Source of the DNA: an uncultured delta proteobacterium
GTDB taxonomy: Bacteria > Desulfobacterota > Binatia > JACPRU01
Direction of reading: 5' to 3'
NCBI GenBank assembly: GCA_963745025.1
Contig: CAVUWD010000016.1
Coordinates: 896,001-960,000 of the forward strand
Length of the DNA stretch: 64,000 nt
Part shown: positions 59,465-64,000 of the stretch, in pieces
Position numbering within the stretch: the stretch's first letter is position 1
Layout: each line of letters opens with the position of its first letter
Notes under the pieces: model-generated
What the model was told of the DNA's origin: nothing
Seen by the model: only the letters and a program-made list of their open reading frames with translations
Databases searched by the model: none
Made by a program: the position numbers and the translations under genes

Positions 59465-60393
59465 ACGCGGTCCTCCGGCGAGCCCTGCTGGCCTTGCCCA
59501 CCCTCTTCGGCGTGGCGACACTGGTCTTCTTCTTCATTCATCTGATTCCCGGCGATCCCGTCGACGTCATGCTCGGCGAAGCCGCCTCGGCGGCCGATCG
59601 CGTCCGCTTGCGCGCGGCCCTCGGCCTCGATCGTCCGCTCCTCGAGCAATACGTGGGCTTCCTCGTCCGCGCGGCGCACGGCGATCTTGGCCGCTCGCTT
59701 CGCGACGGGACGCCCGTCTCGGCGCTCATCCGCGGACGGCTGCCGGCCACGCTCCTGCTCGCGGCGGCGGCGGGCTCGATGGCGCTCGCGGTGGCGATTC
59801 CGCTGGGCGCGATCTCGGCGCGCCATCGCGGCCGCTGGCCGGACAGCGCGGCGATGGGATTCGCTCTACTCGGCGCGTCGTTGCCAAACTTCTTCCTCGG
59901 CCCTCTGCTGGTATTGCCGTTCTCGGTTTGGCTTGGCTGGCTACCGGTGTCGGGAGCCGACTCGCCGGCGAGCCTCGTTTTGCCCGCCGTCACGCTCGGC
60001 CTCGGCATGTCGGCAATCCTCACGCGCCTGGTGAGAGCGGCCGTGCTGGACGCGCTCTCCGCCGACTATATCCGCACGGCCCGCGCCAAAGGTCTCTCCG
60101 AGCCCGCCGTATTCCTGCGCCACGCCCTGAGAAGCGCGCTGCTCCCCGTCGCCACGATCCTCGGCCTGCAGATCGGCAGTCTCTTCGGCGGCGCGATCAT
60201 CACCGAGACGATCTTCGCTTGGCCCGGGATCGGCAGGCTGACGCTGCAGGCCATCGACAGTCGCGACTATCCGCTCGTCCAAGGCTGCGTGCTCGTCATC
60301 GCGTGCGGCTACGTCGCCGCCAACCTCCTCACCGACCTCGCCTACCAGCGGCTCGATCCCAGGGTTCGCTTCGGCCGACGGGAGGCGCGATGA
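59461..60393 (+). CDS. Peptide ABC transporter permease (DppB-like)
   Basis: IPGDPV, GDLGRS, DYIRTARAKGL, ETIFAWPGIG and RDYP. Confidence 0.92.
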   Translation: MNAVLRRALLALPTLFGVATLVFFFIHLIPGDPVDVMLGEAASAADRVRLRAALGLDRPLLEQYVGFLVRAAHGDLGRSLRDGTPVSALIRGRLPATLLLAAAAGSMALAVAIPLGAISARHRGRWPDSAAMGFALLGASLPNFFLGPLLVLPFSVWLGWLPVSGADSPASLVLPAVTLGLGMSAILTRLVRAAVLDALSADYIRTARAKGLSEPAVFLRHALRSALLPVATILGLQIGSLFGGAIITETIFAWPGIGRLTLQAIDSRDYPLVQGCVLVIACGYVAANLLTDLAYQRLDPRVRFGRREAR

Positions 60394-61259
60394 CCGCTTC
60401 GGCCCGCTTGGGCGCCGTGCTCGTCGGCTCGTTTCTGGCGGTCGCGCTGGCCGCACCGCTGCTGGCGCCGTTCGATCCGGCGCAGCCGAACCTCTCCGAG
60501 AACCTGAGCCCACCCTCGCTCGCACACCCGTTCGGCCAGGATCGGCTCGGCCGCGACATTCTGAGTCGCGTCGTCTACGGCTCGCGCGCGTCGTTGCTCG
60601 TCGGGATATCGACCGTCGCCGTCTCGCTCACGCTCGGCACCGCGCTCGGCCTCTTCTCGGGCCTCGCCGGCGGCTGGATCGACGAAGCCATGATGCGGGC
60701 AATCGACGTTGTCCTCGCGTTTCCGGGAATTCTGCTCGCCATCGCCATCAGCGCCGTGCTGGGTCCGAGCCTCGCCAACGTGGTGATCGCGCTCTCCGTG
60801 ATCGGCTGGACCGGCTACGCCCGCCTGGTGCGCGCCGAGACGCTCTCGCTCCGCGAGCGCGCCCACGTCGAGAGCGCGATCGCCCTCGGCGCCGGCCCGT
60901 CCCGGGTGGTCCTCTGCCACGTGCTTCCGCTCCTCGCCGGCCCGCTCGCGGTCCAGGCGACCTTCGGTGTCGCAGGTGCGATCGTCGCCGAGGCGAGCCT
61001 CTCCTTCCTCGGCCTCGGGACGCAGCCGCCCGCGCCGTCCTGGGGCGCGATGCTGAACGAGGGCAGGCGCTTTCTGCTGGTTGCGCCGCACGTCGCGCTG
61101 TTCCCAGGCCTCGCCGTGTTCGCGACGGTTCTCGGCATCAACTTCCTCGGCGATGGGCTACGCGATTGGCTCGACGTGCGAATGCCGGCCACCGGCTATC
61201 GGCTGCCGCCTCCCGGAAAAGACTCAGATGAGTTTTCGCCGGTAGCCGGTAGCCCGTAG
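60390..61259 (+). CDS. Peptide ABC transporter permease (DppC-like)
   Basis: HPFGQDRLGRD, ARLVRAE, EASLSFLGLG, SWGAML and NFLGDGLRD. Confidence 0.92.
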   Translation: MTASARLGAVLVGSFLAVALAAPLLAPFDPAQPNLSENLSPPSLAHPFGQDRLGRDILSRVVYGSRASLLVGISTVAVSLTLGTALGLFSGLAGGWIDEAMMRAIDVVLAFPGILLAIAISAVLGPSLANVVIALSVIGWTGYARLVRAETLSLRERAHVESAIALGAGPSRVVLCHVLPLLAGPLAVQATFGVAGAIVAEASLSFLGLGTQPPAPSWGAMLNEGRRFLLVAPHVALFPGLAVFATVLGINFLGDGLRDWLDVRMPATGYRLPPPGKDSDEFSPVAGSP

Positions 61260-61268
61260 CCGGTAGCC
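61185..61268. repeat. Heptanucleotide-repeat hairpin, (CCGGCTA)n...(CCGGTAG)n, at the convergent dppC/mutM junction
   Basis: Left arm ccggcca-ccggcta-tcggctg; right arm ccggtag-ccggtag-cccgtag-ccggtag; inner GAAAAgACTC/GAGTTTTC stem. Confidence 0.7.
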
Positions 61269-61270
61269 TC

Positions 61271-62215
61271 CTATCTCTGGCACCGCGGACAGTAGAAGCT
61301 CGAGCGCCCTCCGTGCGGCCGACGCTTGATGGCGCTGTTACAGCGGCGGCACGGTTGCCCGGCGCGGTTGAAGACCGCGAGCACCTCCTGGAACGAGCCC
61401 GGGAGGCCGTCGCTGTCGAAGTAGTCGGAGAACGAAGTCCCGCGACGCGCGACGGCGTCTCCGAGCACGGAGCGGGTCGCGCGCACGATCGCGTCGATCT
61501 CGGCGCTGCGCAACCGATTGCAGCGTCGTGTGGGCCGAACGCCAGCGTGAAAGAGGATCTCGTTCGCGTAGATGTTACCGATGCCTGCCAGGACGCGCTG
61601 ATCGAGAAGCGCCGCCTTCACGTCCCGCCGCGTGCCGCGGAGCCGGGCGCGGAGCGTCTCGGCGCGGAGACGGCCGTTCAGAGGCTCTGGCCCGAGGCCG
61701 GCGAGCTCGCCGAGCTCTTCGGCTCTCGCGACCCGCATCCAGCCGAAGCGGCGGGGATCTCGATAACAGAGCGCTAGCTTGGCAGGATGTTCGGCCGGAG
61801 CAGTTCGCGACCAACGGGAGCGATCTGTGACGGGCGCTCCCAGCTTGGCAGGATGTTCGGTCGGGGCAAGTCGCGACCAACGGGGCCGACCATCGTCGGG
61901 GCTTCTGATCGACGGCTCGAACTCGATGCGCACGTGCTCGTGCTCCCCGGCGGGAGCATCCGTCGGCAAGAGCAGGAGACGACCCGACATGCCGAGATGC
62001 ATGAGCCATACGACCCCCTCGCCGACGTCGGCGAGAAGGTACTTGCCGCGACGGGCGATCCCCTCGACACGCCGTCCGACGAGCGCGCGAAGCGCCTCTT
62101 CGTCGACGACGCGCCGAAGACGCGGCTCGCGAATCTCCACGCGAGTGATGCGCGCCCCGCGCAGCCGGCGGTCGAGGCCGCGGCGAATCGTCTCGACTTC
62201 GGGCAGCTCGGGCAT
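61271..62215 (-). CDS. mutM: Formamidopyrimidine-DNA glycosylase with an internal repeat insertion
   Basis: MPELPEVE, RRGKYL, HLGMSG, DPRRFG, GIGNIYA and C-terminal zinc finger CRRC...CPRCQ. Confidence 0.96.
   Translation of the reverse strand: MPELPEVETIRRGLDRRLRGARITRVEIREPRLRRVVDEEALRALVGRRVEGIARRGKYLLADVGEGVVWLMHLGMSGRLLLLPTDAPAGEHEHVRIEFEPSIRSPDDGRPRWSRLAPTEHPAKLGAPVTDRSRWSRTAPAEHPAKLALCYRDPRRFGWMRVARAEELGELAGLGPEPLNGRLRAETLRARLRGTRRDVKAALLDQRVLAGIGNIYANEILFHAGVRPTRRCNRLRSAEIDAIVRATRSVLGDAVARRGTSFSDYFDSDGLPGSFQEVLAVFNRAGQPCRRCNSAIKRRPHGGRSSFYCPRCQR
61776..61889. repeat. Tandem 66-bp repeat inside the mutM coding sequence
   Basis: AGCTTGGCAGGATGTTCGG.CGG.GCA..TCGCGACCAACGGG starting at 61776 and 61842. 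Confidence 0.9.
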
Positions 62216-62221
62216 CGGGCG

Positions 62222-63064
62222 TTAGCTCGACGGATCGCCCAGCACGTTGGCGAGCCGCGCAAACTCCGCGAGCGACAGCGTCTCGCCGCGGCGGCCCGGA
62301 TCGATCCCCGCTCGCTCGATGTCGGCCGCCCGGGCGATCTTGGCGAGCGCCGCGCGCAACGTCTTGCGCCGCTGTCCGAACGCGGCGCGCACGACCGCGC
62401 GGAAGCGCTCCTCGTCGTCGATCGAGACGCGTGGCGCCGTGTGGAGCGTCACCGACACGACGGCCGACTCCACCTTCGGGCGGGGCACGAACGATCCCCG
62501 CGCAACGCGCAAAACGATTTCCGCCTCGCCGCGGAGGGCCGTCCACAGCGTCAAGACACCGTACGCCTTGGTTCCCGGCTTGGCGATCAGCCGTTCGGCG
62601 ACCTCGCGCTGCAGCATCAGCAGGAGCCGCTCGAATGAGGCGCTCGCGTCGATCAGTCGGAGCAGGATCTGACTCCCGACGCTGTAGGGGAGGTTGCCGA
62701 CGGCCACGGCGCGCCCCCGACCCGCGAGCAGCTTTGAATAGTCCACTGCGAGCGCGTCGGCCGCGACGACGTGAACGTTCGCCACGGTCGCGAACCGCTC
62801 TTGCAGACACTCCGCCATGCGGGGGTCGATTTCGACGAGAAAGAGCTCGTCGGCGGTTGCGGCCAGCGCATCCGAGAGCGCGCCGATCCCGGGACCGATC
62901 TCGACGACGACACGCCCCGTCGCTCGGGCCGCCGCGACGATCCGCTCGACGACCGGGGACGCCACGAGAAAGTTCTGCCCAAGGCTCCGCCGCGGCCGCA
63001 CGCCGAGGCGACCGAGGGCATCGCGGGTACGGCGGTGAAGCGACCCAGCGTCGAGCATCGGCAT
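62222..63064 (-). CDS. rsmA: 16S rRNA m6,2A dimethyltransferase
   Basis: LGQNFL, EIGPGIGAL, GNLPY, MLQREVAER, PKVES and FGQRRKTL. Confidence 0.96.
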   Translation of the reverse strand: MPMLDAGSLHRRTRDALGRLGVRPRRSLGQNFLVASPVVERIVAAARATGRVVVEIGPGIGALSDALAATADELFLVEIDPRMAECLQERFATVANVHVVAADALAVDYSKLLAGRGRAVAVGNLPYSVGSQILLRLIDASASFERLLLMLQREVAERLIAKPGTKAYGVLTLWTALRGEAEIVLRVARGSFVPRPKVESAVVSVTLHTAPRVSIDDEERFRAVVRAAFGQRRKTLRAALAKIARAADIERAGIDPGRRGETLSLAEFARLANVLGDPSS

Positions 63065-63066
63065 CG

Positions 63067-64000
63067 CTACAGCGGCAGGCTCGCCACGGCATTCAACGAC
63101 AAGTCGTCGCGTTCGCCGCGCTCGAGCCGTCGCGCTCCTGCATAGGCGATCATCGCCGCATTGTCGGTGCAGAACCGTGGCGACGGAAAGGCGACCGTCA
63201 GACCCCTGCGACGTGCATCCTCCTCCATGCGAGCGCGCAAGCGCGAGTTTGCCGACACGCCGCCGGAGACCACGATCTGCGATACCCCGAGCGCCTCCGC
63301 CACGCCGAGCGTCGGCGTGACCAGCATGTCGACGACGGCTTCCTGAAAGCTCGCCGCGATGTCGCAGAGCAGCCGCTCCGGGATGACCGTTCGCAACGCG
63401 CCGCTCGCTGCAGTCACCCCAACGCCGTGCTCGCGGCGCAGAAACTCACGCAGCGCGGTCTTCAACCCGCTGAAGCTGAACTCGTATTTGCTTCCGCGGA
63501 TCGTCGCCCGCGGGAAGCGGATCGCCGTTGGGTCTCCAGCGCGTGCCAGCTGGTCGATCACCCGTCCCCCCGGAAAACCGAGCCCGAGCATCTTCGCGGC
63601 CTTGTCGAAGGCCTCTCCGGCCGCGTCGTCGCGGGTCGCACCGATCCGGCGATACTGTCCTGGCCCTTCGGCGAGATAGAGGCTCGTGTGCCCTCCCGAC
63701 ACGAGCAACGCCACGTAAGGAAACTCGATCTGGCGCTCGAGGAAGATGGCCAGCAGGTGGCCCTCGAGGTGGTTCACGCCCACCAACGGAATTCCCTTCG
63801 CGAAGGCAATGCCCTTGGCGGCCGATAGTCCCACTAGCAAGGATCCCACCAAGCCGGGCCCGCAGGTGACGGCGATGCCTTCGACCTCTTCGATCGCCGT
63901 GACCGCCTTGTCGAGCGCCGCATGGATCACGGCCAGAATGTTGGCGAGGTGGTGACGCGAGGCGAGCTCGGGAACGATCCCGCCGTAGGGTCCGTGCACC
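63067..64000 (-). CDS. tsaD: tRNA threonylcarbamoyladenosine transferase TsaD (5' end outside window)
   Basis: GGIVPELASRHH, GPGL, HLEGH, VSGGHT, DDAAGEAFDK, FSFSGLK and DNAAMIA. Confidence 0.97.
   Translation of the reverse strand, partial: VHGPYGGIVPELASRHHLANILAVIHAALDKAVTAIEEVEGIAVTCGPGLVGSLLVGLSAAKGIAFAKGIPLVGVNHLEGHLLAIFLERQIEFPYVALLVSGGHTSLYLAEGPGQYRRIGATRDDAAGEAFDKAAKMLGLGFPGGRVIDQLARAGDPTAIRFPRATIRGSKYEFSFSGLKTALREFLRREHGVGVTAASGALRTVIPERLLCDIAASFQEAVVDMLVTPTLGVAEALGVSQIVVSGGVSANSRLRARMEEDARRRGLTVAFPSPRFCTDNAAMIAYAGARRLERGERDDLSLNAVASLPL

Overview
High-GC bacterial window; the gene order sirC-ccsA-hemA-hemC-cobA/hemD-hemB, the GT-C/TPR protein and the phasin suggest a deltaproteobacterial/Binatota-like lineage (inference). 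The left half (1-34.8 kb) is accessory and mosaic. It holds ackA-pflB-pflA (heavily frameshifted, probably read errors), a CYTH / CYTH-Ppx / membrane metallophosphoesterase cluster, a PLD, lipid and CoA catabolism genes (double CaiB, phasin, SDR, OYE, Ltp2-like plus DUF35), a Mo-oxidoreductase, VIT1, an LLM oxidoreductase, an orphan DsrH/E/F-like trio, an Ogt-AlkA fusion, a hybrid kinase lacking its ATPase domain, and several gene remnants. The right half is mostly housekeeping: fadD, greA, comF, purMN, ECF sigma/anti-sigma, mazG, rpsT, hisC, hem genes, dinB, an mltD-like gene, a dpp ABC transporter, mutM, rsmA and tsaD. The most notable non-gene signals are: (1) a 66-bp tandem repeat family that sits between dinB and mltD and is also inserted in frame inside mutM, adding about 44 aa; (2) a long G-U-biased stem structure between purM and purN; (3) a heptamer-repeat hairpin at the dppC/mutM junction. 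No tRNA, rRNA, intact transposase or true CRISPR array was seen. All calls come from reading the sequence; no database searches were run.
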